Shown here in pieces: positions 50,694-63,302 of a stretch of DNA of 64,000 bases. The notes under the pieces were generated by a model that did no database searches, was not told where the DNA came from, and saw nothing but the letters and a program-made list of their open reading frames with translations. How positions within the stretch are numbered: the stretch's first letter is position 1; every line of letters starts with the position of its first letter. The translations under genes and the position numbers were made by a program. The stretch spans positions 31,682,001-31,746,000 of the forward strand of contig OZ287757.1 in assembly GCA_965649765.1 (NCBI GenBank), in the 5' to 3' direction. The stretch comes from Bispira polyomma. Taxonomy: Eukaryota.

Positions 50694-51901
50694 CTATTGA
50701 GGGGCGTTCACGGGCACATTTGGGCGGCCGTGTAACTTGAAGCATTTTGACTCGGGGTGTGGGTTCAATCTCTTGTTGAGTCGGAAACAGTTGGCACAGA
50801 TATGTCGAAATGTAATGTTATTGCCCTCATGATCTTTCTGGTGTTGGCAGTCATTTTTTTGGTAACGTCTGCAAGGCATTTCATTTTTGTTTGAAGATGA
50901 AGCAGACAACGAACTGGTCGAAGGTGTGGTAGTACTGGATATGAGGGCTTGAGAATAAGAAAGCCGATTCATATTCCATTTTGTGTCATTGGTCCAACTC
51001 AAATGACCCTCTTCAATATTATGCATATTGCTGGCATATGCACCACGAGCAATCTCCCAGGAGATGTTGGAGGCATCTTTGAGGGTGTCTGCTAGTTGGG
51101 AGAGCATGGCTCGTGAAATATCAGGATTCTTAGCCTCAAGAATATTTTGGATCTGGCCAGCAGCGAACTGTGAGACTGACAATTCATCAAAAGAGACACA
51201 CTTTTTGTTAATACCAGATAAGCAAGCCTCGTTCGGCCACCGCTTCATGGGGTCAGATACACATAACTCAGATCTATTATAGCGCCCAGATTTTCGCTTG
51301 GTAGTGAGCTTACCTTGAATGCTCTCATCTGTGGCCCAGGTTTCATATCTTGCTAGTCGTTGGGAGACCTCATTCTGTATGAGAGACGACTGCTTCAGAA
51401 CTTCGGGAGTCGGGAGAATGGTATCTTTGAAAACTCGTTGAGTGGCTTTGTGGTCATACCGGCTCTGTGAACTAGTGAGGTGACGTGAGGGAGAATCTGT
51501 AGCGAGAGGATGTGTCGCGAACGCGCTGGCAGTGTGATTGCTCTGACTGTCATAAAGACCTACCGAAGTGTGAGGATCTCGGGGTGCGTTATGAGGAAGT
51601 ACACGGTTGGTCTCCAACTTTCCAGATTTGAGATCTGAGACGTCTTCTTGTAGCTTGGAAACTGTAGATAACAGGGTTTCCATCATATTCTGCTGTGTGG
51701 AGTATGCCTCACGATAGAATTTTTTACTGCTAACTTGGCCACTTACATCAGAAATACTGCTTTGATCATCACTGTTAAAGGCTCATCATCTCTTGTGTCT
51801 GTGGTTCGTTTGCAGCGATTTCCTACTGGTCGTGTGTGAAAGATTTCACATCTAGTACATGAAGCTGTTTCAATAGAGTTTTTTTTTTTACCTCTACCCA
51901 T
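50694..51901 (-). CDS. Gag-like ORF1 of YR-F (330 aa open; 5' part disrupted)
   Basis: KSGRYN...WPNE...FDELS core and C-terminal Cys/His fingers. Confidence 0.8.
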
Positions 51902-52117
51902 TTTTAAGTAATATCCACACAAATTAGCTTAAAAGATGCACAATATTATCCTCTGTGTGAAACTTGTTGTAATATTGTAAAATAATAAACACTTAAGCAG
52001 GCAATTGGATTTTTAGTGATAATGTATAAAAATTTCCAATATGGTCGCTGAAAGCTTAAGATTTTTGATGTTGTTAGTTTGATTTCTGACTTAATAATGA
52101 GCTTATCCTAGAAAGGG

Positions 52118-52336
52118 CGCCAAAGTGCTGGGGAGAGTAAGAAAGATTTGTTTTCTGACTTATCAGTGAGAGTATAAGAAATGCGAGAAACGCCGAGGAG
52201 AGTGGAGGCTGTCTTATCTGAATGCACCGCCAAAGCGCTGGGGAGAGTAAGAAGGATTTGTCTTCTGACTTATCAGTGAGAGTATAGGAAAGGCGGGAAA
52301 CGCCGAGGAGAGTGGAGGCGGTGTTATCTGAATGCA
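52118..52336. repeat. Two-copy 110-bp tandem repeat in the YR-F 5' leader
   Basis: cgccaaag.gctggggagagtaagaa...ttatctgaatgca starts at 52118 and at 52228. Confidence 0.9.
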
Positions 52337-55300
52337 GCGTTGGGGTGAGGAGTGACTGTGATAAGCAAGTAGTTTGAAAATAGAACTACAGTAAAGTATA
52401 GCATTTCCACGGCTGACTAGCCATGCTACTTCGTGGCAGTGACAAAGAATAACCTTGGACTTTACTCAAAGTGACGGCATCAGATATTTGTTTTCCAGAT
52501 GGACAGGTACATTGTATAGAGGTTTCAATTGACATGAAAATGAGTTTTATCTTTCTCATGTTGCCCACATGAGGATGTGACTCATTTTGGATGGGGAAAT
52601 ACAGGACAATGCTTTCTTGTATTTGACGGTAACCCTTCTTTTGGTAGATTTTTTCATCACCTTTAACTGTAAGTTCACACTAGCCAATAATTTAGTTACA
52701 GAATTAATGTATTCATTGTAACCAATATATATGAATTTCTAAAGTAGACAAAAAATAAATTGTTAATTTTTTGTATTCTTATTCCATGCTCTACTAACAT
52801 GTAACAATTTTGTTGCATATCAATGACAATATGTTAGACTACCTCACGGTTTTACTCGACAGTTTGCTACAGTATGTGACACTATGTCACAACTCGTGGC
52901 AGAAATAGAACTGTATATAGCATATCATCATATCTATCACATGTTTATTGTAGTAGTATAATGCATCATGTTCACTTAGTTTCATTTCATTGTGATAAGT
53001 ATCAGTACATGTCTGATTAGTGTCAGTACGTTTTGCTTCTTTGGTAATGTATTAGAAGAGAACGATTTGTTTTAAAACGGGATTGGTAGCTGTTGCTAGG
53101 TTTCACTCAACAAAACTCTTTATATGGGGCTGCCATTATGCAAATGATCCCCGTTGTTTAATGGTAGGATGTTGTGATGATCAGAAGGTCCCTGGATCTA
53201 TTACTACTACCAGCCGCTAGTTTCATCTGGTGGAATAGCATTCTTGGGAAAGATTTGAACACAGTTCGCCTCATTGCCCATTAGGAAGTCAATTTGAATT
53301 TAGTCTTTTGGGATGAAATGTCATGTGGCCACAAAAACTTAGCCATCTTATTCAATGAAATTTAAGTAATTATTTTTTAAAATAATTGATAAAATTGCTG
53401 GGTGTACTGCAGTGTTTTCCAAGATATTGTGACACCAAATCAAGATGAAAATTGTTGAAGAACACCTTCACCTATACAGCTTCAAAAATGATATGTCCCA
53501 GGCTCACATACTGTGCTATAGTGTGACGAGATTTGGCCAATGTGTCACTTACACAAAACAGGATGAGATGTCAATAAGGCGAAACAAACCACGTGCTGTT
53601 ACAGAGTGTTGCTGATGAAAAGCATATGCAAACTAAACCCAAAATATAGGAGAAACCCCACTAGAGCTCCTATTTTTGAAGATTTTAAAACTTTCATGAC
53701 GAAGCTGGATTAGAATGTTATTAGGACAATAACTCCAACCAATCTGTATATACCAGGTAAACCCAACGGGGCTAGTGAGGTCAGTGCTGACCCTAAATTC
53801 TTTTAATAAAACTATTCTGGTTATGCTTGCTGACCTCTAATAGTGATTGGATGGCAGTTGGCCTCCTTCTCTCTCAATTTCCCGCCAAAACCTATAAACC
53901 TCATTTCAAATTTTCAAGAATTTCAAGAATTTGTGAAGGGCACAACGCCATCTTAAAAATTTTGGAATTATTTTTACCTTTGTTTTGATATTTTTACATA
54001 ATTCTTTCATTGTGTCCATTAGCAAGGATTTATACATCATCGAGTTTTACGTTGTAGTCAACGGATGAATACTAACTGGACCTGATTGAAAGCTTGCAGG
54101 CACTAGACTGGAGTTATTTGTCAAACAGCTTTGACATATGCGAATTTTGCTCTTTTTTAGGGCTACGGTTAAGGGCTGTTTTTTTCTTTGGCTTGAAATT
54201 CACCAATATATATATTTTCTAAATAACATAACCTCAACTCAAGATCTGCATATACCAAAGTATTTGTCTGTGTATTTTGTAGAGATGGCACCTAGAGTGA
54301 ACTACGACTGTCGGCCGTGTAAAAGTAGTCACAAAAAGCTCATTAATGACAATTGTCTATTATTCAACAAACTGAAACTAATGAGTATGGCAGCAATGGA
54401 AACGCGGGTAGAACAGACTGAAAATAGACATAATATTGCTAGTACTTCTGGTACAAATTCTGTGGCTCCCGTTGATTTACCTTGTACAGCCATGTTTGGT
54501 CAGCCTTCAGCTGCTAGTTTTTCTAGTACACATACCATGGCTCCTGCTCCTGTTGGTTTACCTGCTACAGCCACGTTTCATCATCACACAGTCCCAGTGA
54601 CGACTCCAGCAGCGACTGTCCAGACAACGACTAGCCACTCTGGAAATAGATGACACACTGGTTTCGTCCATTAACACTCAGAAGACATCTAATTACTTAC
54701 AGCAAGCAGTGGATTCCAGGCTACGTGTCCTTGCAGGACTTAGTGATAAAGGTAATTTCAAATCTCAAAGAGGTAGAGCCGAAACGGTCTGGGTTAAATG
54801 TCAGGTGGCCTGGCCACAAATTCTTGGGGGTACCACAAAGGCTCTTACAACTTATGATAGTCTTTCCATGGCGCAGTGGGTATCTGGTTTTTGTGCCATA
54901 GTTAGAGATGAAACCAATGTTGACAAAAAAACGCTATGCTAGATTATGCCCAAGACTTAATGAAAGACTGTACTGATTTTTCCTGGGCGGCTGCTAAAAG
55001 CAGCCACGCATTTTATGCTTTATCGCATGGAAGAAGGAAAAGTTTCGTGGGACGAAACAACTAAAATTGATCAAATCAGAAGGGCTCATGCCCAAAAAGT
55101 AGTCAATGCTTCAGGTTATTCCACTTTTCACAGTTTGAATAGACAAAAAAGTAATGAAAAGGGATTTCCCTGTAGATTTCCAAAAGGATTGTGTCCTCAC
55201 AAAATAGATCATGAAACAAAAGGGCAAATGAATTTGCACATCTGTGCCACTTGTTTTATGTTTGGTAAAAATTTCTCACATGCCTCCAAGGATTGTCATA

Positions 55301-56470
55301 GAAACAAAACTAGTAAACTCAGTGAACAAATAGTGTACAGCAGTGCCCAAACTTTATAGACAAGATTCTAGCTATGGCACATGTAAAAGATTATAACAAA
55401 TATTCCACTGGTAAATAATGCCAATGTTAAAAACCTGGGTAGCGACAACTGGAGGGCTGACTGGGCCGGATTTAGTAAGAAATCATATGCTGATGTGGTG
55501 AAACAGAACTGTGGTATTGTAAACAAAACACAACAGAAATTATGAAAAAGTTTCAAACTCAGGCCAAAAACGCCCCCCATTTGTCGCTCACATGTATATA
55601 AAAGTGTGTCTAAAAATGTTTAAAGAAATAATGTTAATAGTTGCAGAATTTCAAAGGGGAGAGTATTTGTGTCACAATCACACAACCCGACCTAGGTAAA
55701 ACGTCAATACTCCGAGGTAGCCATTGAAAACAATAAGCAAATTAACACCTCCAGCATCAAGGAGAATGGTGTCGACAATCTCAAACAAAAGTTGGGGTCG
55801 TGTAGCCCTGAACAATGATGGCATTGATAATGTCCCAAATTATCAATTAGGGGACAAGTACAAGCTACAATTACAGTTCAAAAGGAAACATAGGAAGGTG
55901 GTCGCTAAAGCAGGACGCAATCCTTTGTTTCAGAAATGGAACAATCAAAACAAAGAAATATTTGGCTTCATTCCGTTAGGAGACTTAAAATTGCCAGAGG
56001 TCCACACCTAGGTGACCCTTTGGACATACCTAAATTAGTCAAAAAGGGAAATTGTCCTCACTTTTTAGGTACCCAGTACCAGTAGTCTCGCATCTTAATG
56101 TGAATGAATGGGAAAAATTACTAAATAATTATTGGGACACCCAATTGATTCATTTCACAAATTCGTTTTTCCCTTAGTCTTCGACAGGACCTGCCCCTTA
56201 GAAAATAAAGGTGAATCATAGCTCAGCTACCCAATTTCAGAAAGATGTGATAGCATATTTCAAAGAAGAGAAAGAATTTGGAGCTATCATTTGCCTATTT
56301 AAAAAAAACATTATCTGACTTACATGTGTTACCACTCATGACTCCAAACCTGATGCTAAGAATAGTAGAGTCATTATCGACGTAAGTTGCCCACAAGGGC
56401 ATGCAGTTAACTCAGCATTTGATAGAGACCAGTACCTTGAAACCCCCTTTATATTAACACTCCCTACTGT

Positions 56471-59400
56471 AGAAGGATTTGCGTACTAAAGTAGCACACC
56501 CAAGTCAGTCTTAGGGAAAGCTTAAACATTTAATTAGTTACATTTGGCCTAGTTGGCCTAATTCTTACAATACAGAGTAAAAAATATAGGCAGACAGAAA
56601 AGGTGACCTTGCCAGTACACCACCTCCAAAGCAAGGCTTAAAATAGCCAAAACTTTCCTATGCATGGTTTGGGCCTGAGTTGTTCAAGCACATGGTGGCT
56701 GTCTGCCTCTTTGTGATTTTAAATACTCCCCACATGTGGGCTGATAGTCAGTTGTAAAGTAGAAGCTGAATGGGGCTGAGTGCCATATTGGAAGGGACTT
56801 CTGTTTGCTTGACTAAAAAGGAAATCCAATTTTACTAATTTGATACTTCTTTTCTGAAATAAATTTCAAGTCAAGCCAGCAAAAGTCCGCCAGGTTATTA
56901 TTCTTGCAGGATGGGCCAGAAACCAGTTTTAACAAAAACAACCAGAAACAATAATAAGAGTACTGCAGAAAGGAGTGAAATTGTGAATGAGTCTGATAAA
57001 AATAGTTTACCGATAAATGGTGCCGTGGGAGGTACTACAGAGACAAATGACAAATTATCTGAGTTACAAAATAAATCTGTGTCAGACAAGCTTGATGAAC
57101 TGTTATCAGTAGTGAAAGTTATGGGGTCGCAGATTAAGTACCAGGACGAGCGCTTACGTCGGCAAGAGGACAGAGTCAGTTTGCAAAACATTTCCACTGT
57201 GCCATCTGCCCAAAGCTTGCCTAAAGCTACGGGTCAGAAGACGGACGCTAGAGAAGGTGAGGAAAAGAGCAATCCCAAGCTGCCTTCGTTTGAAGTCCTA
57301 GAGAGCGACTCCCACATACAGGCTAAAGTTCACAAGCGGCTGCAGCAGTACGACGGTGCATCATACCTGGAGAGTAAAGGTAAAAATGTTACTACCTTAA
57401 ATCTGGTCGCTTCCGAGCGGGTATACACAAAGTAAAAGTTCAAGTTAATTGGCCCCAAGATTATTGTACAGTGGCACATGCACATAAGCAGCCCACCTAT
57501 GATGATATGTCTCCCATTCAATGGGCATAGGCCTACTTTGTTGTGCACTTGAGGAAGGTAACCTTCAATACAGGCAAGTAATGTTTAGTTATTATCACAG
57601 TCTAATGCAGGACGCAGTGGAATTAGGGGTTGAAACTGCTAAAAGCACAGAAACCAGGGTTTGTTCGCTTTTTAATAAAGCATCTTGTGAGCTAGAGAAA
57701 GATCATATTACAAAGGAGGCTAAGTACGAGCATTATTGCACTTACTGCTATAAGGAATCACGTGGCAAGAAACATGACCACCCAGCGTGTAAATTCGTGC
57801 ACATGAAGAATGATAATAAGGACACAAATAAGGACACAAAGAAGGAACAGCGAGTTTAACCCATCAAGGTGTAAAGTGCTTACTGGCTATAACGGTGTAA
57901 GTTTTACAAATGCTTATAACCTAAAAAGCAACGACACTTGTGAAGTTGGTACTAATGTGCATGAAGGTAATAATAATAATACATATAAAAGCAACAGGTA
58001 CACTCGACCTGATACAGAAACTGATATATTGAAATTTAATAATAAAAAACGTGTTCAGCTTAATCCTGCAGCTGAAATATTTATTCCAAACACAGATGGT
58101 GTAATTAATATTGGGTTACAGCTTAATGATATTAATATTAATGCTTATACCTATTCATGTATTAGTACTAACAATATCAATTTCACCCGAGGTTTGCACG
58201 CTGTTGATAATGATTTAGTTGATACTTGGCTACAGCTTACTAACCAAAGTATTAATGTCTGTGCCTATTCATGTATCAATAATGGTGATCACGAGTCAAG
58301 ATATATGTCATATAAGGACAGTACAAGTAATTTTGCACACAAGAATAATGACAGCAAAAATGTTGGTAGTGAATCAGATATTAGTAGTGGCGATAATGTC
58401 TTTACAATAAGTAACAGCTATGTTGAATTAAACAGAAAAGCTTGGTGTACAAAAGCTGAAAATAGCATGTGTAATAATAAAACCATAATGAGTACTAGTG
58501 GCCATACACAAAGTAGGGCTTATAGCTCTCTCACAAACAATATTAGTAATAGTATTGAAAATAGTATGGGCAATGTTTACAAATACAATGGTGGCAGAGA
58601 AACCATAAGGTCCTTATTGGTCTACTGCATGTGTTATCTTGCACATAACGCAATAACTCAGTGCTGGATGTATACCGCGGCTTGCAACTCTAATGGGAGT
58701 CATATGCCTTGCTCAATACTTGATTCATCACTGAAGGATTATCAAGGACCATATGGCTCTCCAATCAAATGTGAAATCTGTTTAAGGACTAAGTGGTTTA
58801 ACTGTAATGATTGTATACGGGAAATTGACAGTCTTGCAAATAGCAGCTTGCATAACGTCCCCAAAACATACAATGGTACAACTACAGATATGCTTGTAAT
58901 GGAAAGTAACGGGTTCAAGCAATTTAATTATAGTGAAACATATAAGGGATTGAATACTTATACACGGGGAATGGATGGCTTTACAAAGTACAGTAAGTGT
59001 CATAATGTCCTCACAGTGTCTAATAATTCAAATGTATGTACATGTGTTACTAAAATACACCCACTTATAGGGGCAAATTGTAGTAACTGTCACAATGGTA
59101 TAAAACATACATGGGGAATGGATGGCTTTACAGAATGTGGTAAATATCATAATGTCCTCAATGTGTATGAGGATTTATATACAGACGTACGTGTAACAGA
59201 CCAAGATTGTTTCACAGAACTAAATTCTAATGAAAGTTATAATGTTTTCATCATAAGTAATAGTGATCATAACGTCCACCCAGTGTATAATGATGCTACT
59301 GATGGGATGCACGTGCATAATGAGCTCCTATGCAATAGTGGTATTCATAATAGCACAATGGGTAAATATAACAGTGGTTCATATATTGCTAAACACGTGA

Positions 59401-62400
59401 AGCAAACAGCTAATGACCATAATGGCCTCAGCCTTAGCTTTACTCAAAGGAATATACTTTGCAGCTACAATAACACAGAACCTATTGGTTCATTTTATCA
59501 AGATCTTTTTAGTTATAATTATAACTATTTTAACAATAATGATGTATAATGTAATAATACTATGTATTATCTCCAAGATAATAACTTTACTGAAATACAT
59601 AGGAGAACATTCAGTTCATGTGAAGATAGTAATAACATAGATGCAAATGTAAATAATAGTATTATATGTGAGGACTCTGTATACGCGTATTTTAGTACTA
59701 GTTATAACAGTAAGAGTAACTGTCATATTAGTAGTTTTTATAATACATTTGAATGTATATTTTAAACTAAACTCAATGATTCTTTCACATGCAACATAGA
59801 TAAATGATACTAATGTTGTATATGAACTTGGTCACGAATCATACATGTACCAATCACTGGAAAAAATGGAACACGTAAGTACACAAGACAGTGTTCCTTC
59901 AATTAGTTTTAGTAAAACTTTGTTTACTTGTAACAGTAACATGCTACTTGTGTAAAATCAACATACAAATCAAAACAATTTTAAGAATAACATTACAGGT
60001 ACACCAATTGCTCATAGTAGCCCAGAAAGGGAATTCATTTGCAGTTATAATACTGATGAACCAGAAATAATGGTTGAGCCCAGGGACTTTGGATTTATTC
60101 TCCATGTTCCTTCTCCTATTGTCCTAAAGTTACCTGTTAGTACTATACCATTCTCCCCAACAATAGAATGGTTAAATAAATTCATAATACAGTTAGACAT
60201 AGGCGTGTTCCTAATTATCAAGGGGCTAGGGTTACAGTTCCTTCAGGACTAAACATTCCTGCTTGGAGAAATATGCTTAAAGGTTATGAACTAGAAATAC
60301 TTGGGGAATATGTGCAATTTGGTTTTCCCTTAAATATCGATTATGATATATTTTTATTTAATTCAACCATAACTAATCCTAAGTCTGCGTTATGCAATCC
60401 CAAAGGTGTTGATGATTATTTTCAAGTGGAGGTCAAACATAGGGCCATGATTGGCCCTATAGAAGGTAAGCCATTTGAAAAATTTCATTTTTCCCCCTTA
60501 ATGGCTCGTCCTAAACCTGATGGGGGTACCCGTGATATAGTAGACCTCTCATGGCCAATTGGGCAGGGAGTAAACAGTTGTGTTTCTAAAAACGTATACG
60601 ATGGTATTCCATTTACTCTTAAGTACCCAACCATAGATCAGGTGGTACAACAAATTTAAAAAGTTGGATCAACAGCCTTACTATACAAAATCAATTTGTC
60701 TAGAGCTTTTAGGAATTTAAGGATTGATGCTTATGATTATCCTGTGTTCGGTTTGAAGTGGCAGAATAGTACATATATTGATATAGGTTTGCCTTGCCAG
60801 CTCTGCACTGACGCAGTAACCTTAACGTTACGTCAACGTAACGTGTGGATTATGAACTTTTTCGATGATTATATTGGGGTTCCCCCCCTCATTTAGCAAA
60901 TTCACAATATCTCTCTCTAAAAAAATCTATTGGAGCAATTAGGGCTCCCTATTAAAGGTAAAAAGTGACAGCCTCCAGCTGCTCCAATAAATTACCTAGG
61001 CATCAATCATAATGCCAGTACAGGCAAACTAACTATTCCTATCCAGAAATTGCAGGAAGTAAAAGAAATATGCAAAAAATGGTGTACTCAAACTACTGCA
61101 ACAAGAAATCAGTTGCAAAAATAACAGGAAAGCTATTATATATTCATAGATGCGTACAGCCTGCACGTATATTTATCAATCGTATTTTACAAGTATTGTG
61201 CTCTGCTCCTACCAGGGGTGCTATAGTTTTACCAGAAATGTTTTTTAAAGCTTATCTTGATTTAATAAATTTTTAGAAGTGTTTAATGTGGTAGTTGAAA
61301 TACACACTGAAACTACTACGCAGTTTGAAGCTTATGTAGATGCCTCCTTAGAAAAAGTTGGCGAGTACTGGAATGGTCAAGTTTTTAGTACAGATATATC
61401 TTTATCAGTTAAAAATTGTACATCTATAGTGCACTTTGAGGCTTCAAATATTTTATTGGCTTTGAAAATTTGGTCTAGAGAATGGCAAAACAGTAAAGTT
61501 ACAATTTGGTGTGACAACCTGACTGTTGTGCATGTGTTTACTTCCAAAAAAGCTAAGGATCCTTGGCTAATGGCCTGCTTGCGAACTGCATGGTATTACG
61601 TGGCTGCTCATAATATAGAGCTCCAAGTAAAGCATATACCAGGAGTGGATAATGTCTATGTGGATATATTATCCAGATGGCATGTATATCAGGATGTCAA
61701 CATATCTACAGTTAAATTTCTTAAAGATTAATATCAATGGATCGAAACAAATGGTGATATGTTATTACCAAATTTCTTTATTTAGAAATAACAATATAAA
61801 TTAATAAACTCAGAATGTCCTCAGGCATGTCTGAAGGACATGCATGAATAGAATAGAATAATGTATTTCAGGACAATCACAAGCTGCAGTGTTAGAACGT
61901 CAAGCCTGGGAGCGTATTCTGTCAGCCACGAGGCCCAGGACTAGGAAGTCCTATGATGCCACTTTCAAGCTGTTCATCGCCTTCATGGTTTCAATGCACC
62001 TCACGATCCCCCACTGCTCAAGAACAATCCTGTGTATGTTGAGTACCTGATCCAGCAAGGCCTTTGTGTTGCCTCTGTTAGTAACCAAATGTCTATTTTG
62101 TCAAATCATTTTGGATTGTATAATTGGCCTAAGTATAGTCTTACTTGCAGACGTGTGCAAATGTTGATTAAATCAGTAAGAATTAATGCCCCGGTCAAAC
62201 CTTAAGTAAAGAGTGACTATCCAACTGGTTAAAAAGCTTATTAATGCTACACAACCTTTGGCTAATGCTGAGACTTATATTGCACTATTTCTCAGTGCGT
62301 TTTTCTGATTTTTTAGGCTGGCTTCGTTAGTACCCAACTCAATAAAAGAATTTGACAGGACACGCTTTCCTACTAGAGGAGACCTGATATGGGGTTCTCC

Positions 62401-63302
62401 TGGCATTCATATTTTTATGACTTGCGCAAAAAATATGCAAGTTTCTGGACAATACCAAGTTGTGCAATTACCTTTGTTATCTGATAACCTTATATGTCCA
62501 GTTAAAGCGATTAGAAATATGTGTAAGAAATTTCCGGCTAGTGAAGAATCGCCCCTATTTTTGATTCAAACAAAAACAGGTGTGGTACCACTTACAGCTC
62601 ATCGAGCACGTTCTTTCATGAAATTAGTAATTACACAAATTGGACTTTCTCCTAAGGCTTTTGAATTCCATGCCTTTCGTAGAAGTGCCGCCTCCTTGGC
62701 GTTCGATAATAATATAGACCTACAAAATATAAAAGCACATGGCAATTGGAGAAGTGAAGCAGTTTGGACATATTTAAGTTCCACTCCAAAAGCTTCCTAC
62801 CACCTTTCAAAAATTATTATCCTAAAATCCTACAGCCTATTTGGGGTTTGGCCCTTTCTAAATTTTAATTTAGTCGATACTTAAGTTTTAGTATCAACAG
62901 ATTTTTCTAACTTATGGTTAAACATAGCTAAACACCATAGGTAACGGTATGCCTGAGTAGCTATTAAATGTATTTATATATCACTACACGTGTAAGCTAG
63001 AATGCTCTAGAAACCAGTACAGGTAACTGAGCTAAATGCTTCCCAGCTATGATGTAATATAGTTGTTAGTAGATGTTATATTATAACCAGTAGATAATAG
63101 TGTTAACAAGCAGTTAATGGCAGTTATTGTAACAGAAAATTAACAGTAACAGTTAATGATGTTAACAATTGAAAACTGCAATGTTAGCAGTACTAACAAG
63201 TTGATGTGAATAGAAGGGTACAGATTTATGTTATAAATAAACTCCAAATATGTTTTATACTTGTTTTATACTTGTTGTTATCATTGGCTTCTTTCCCATA
63301 AG
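56471..63302 (+). mobile_element. YR-H: decayed YR retrotransposon nested in the RT of YR-G
   Basis: ACTGT at both junctions (56466-56470 and 63303-63307); excision restores LPTVNDIT in frame. gag 56911-57859, pol to ~61780, YR 61872-~62830 (HAFRR, HGNW, VWTY), AATAAA ~63236. Confidence 0.87.
57810..59549 (+). CDS. Asn/Ser/Cys-rich N-terminal extension of YR-H pol (579 codons open)
   Basis: Lies between gag and the RT homology and contains internal duplications (e.g. GMDGFT...HNVL twice). No recognisable domain. Confidence 0.5.
   Translation: MIIRTQIRTQRRNSEFNPSRCKVLTGYNGVSFTNAYNLKSNDTCEVGTNVHEGNNNNTYKSNRYTRPDTETDILKFNNKKRVQLNPAAEIFIPNTDGVINIGLQLNDININAYTYSCISTNNINFTRGLHAVDNDLVDTWLQLTNQSINVCAYSCINNGDHESRYMSYKDSTSNFAHKNNDSKNVGSESDISSGDNVFTISNSYVELNRKAWCTKAENSMCNNKTIMSTSGHTQSRAYSSLTNNISNSIENSMGNVYKYNGGRETIRSLLVYCMCYLAHNAITQCWMYTAACNSNGSHMPCSILDSSLKDYQGPYGSPIKCEICLRTKWFNCNDCIREIDSLANSSLHNVPKTYNGTTTDMLVMESNGFKQFNYSETYKGLNTYTRGMDGFTKYSKCHNVLTVSNNSNVCTCVTKIHPLIGANCSNCHNGIKHTWGMDGFTECGKYHNVLNVYEDLYTDVRVTDQDCFTELNSNESYNVFIISNSDHNVHPVYNDATDGMHVHNELLCNSGIHNSTMGKYNSGSYIAKHVKQTANDHNGLSLSFTQRNILCSYNNTEPIGSFYQDLFSYNYNYFNNNDV

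Larger units (their letters stand above)
47690..52390 (-). mobile_element. YR-F: decayed YR retrotransposon on the minus strand (ends approximate)
   Basis: gag ATG 51901 (CTRC..H.RPVG.RC) to TAG 50694; pol 50693-~48110 (YIDD, VDAC, SDN, ADALSR); YR remnant 48102-~47890 with a large internal deletion. Confidence 0.88.

Noticed and set aside
52386-53550. Additional gene or element between YR-F and YR-G
   Set aside because: Only short ORFs without recognisable motifs.
53558-53635. Possible hammerhead ribozyme remnants (gatgag...gcgaaac; ctgatga...gcaaac)
   Set aside because: The catalytic core is incomplete and I cannot build stems I-III.
57830-57870. Recoding signal at the YR-H gag-pol junction (and at YR-G ~55310-55350)
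   Set aside because: Too decayed: no slippery heptamer, complete hairpin or in-frame UAG can be supported.
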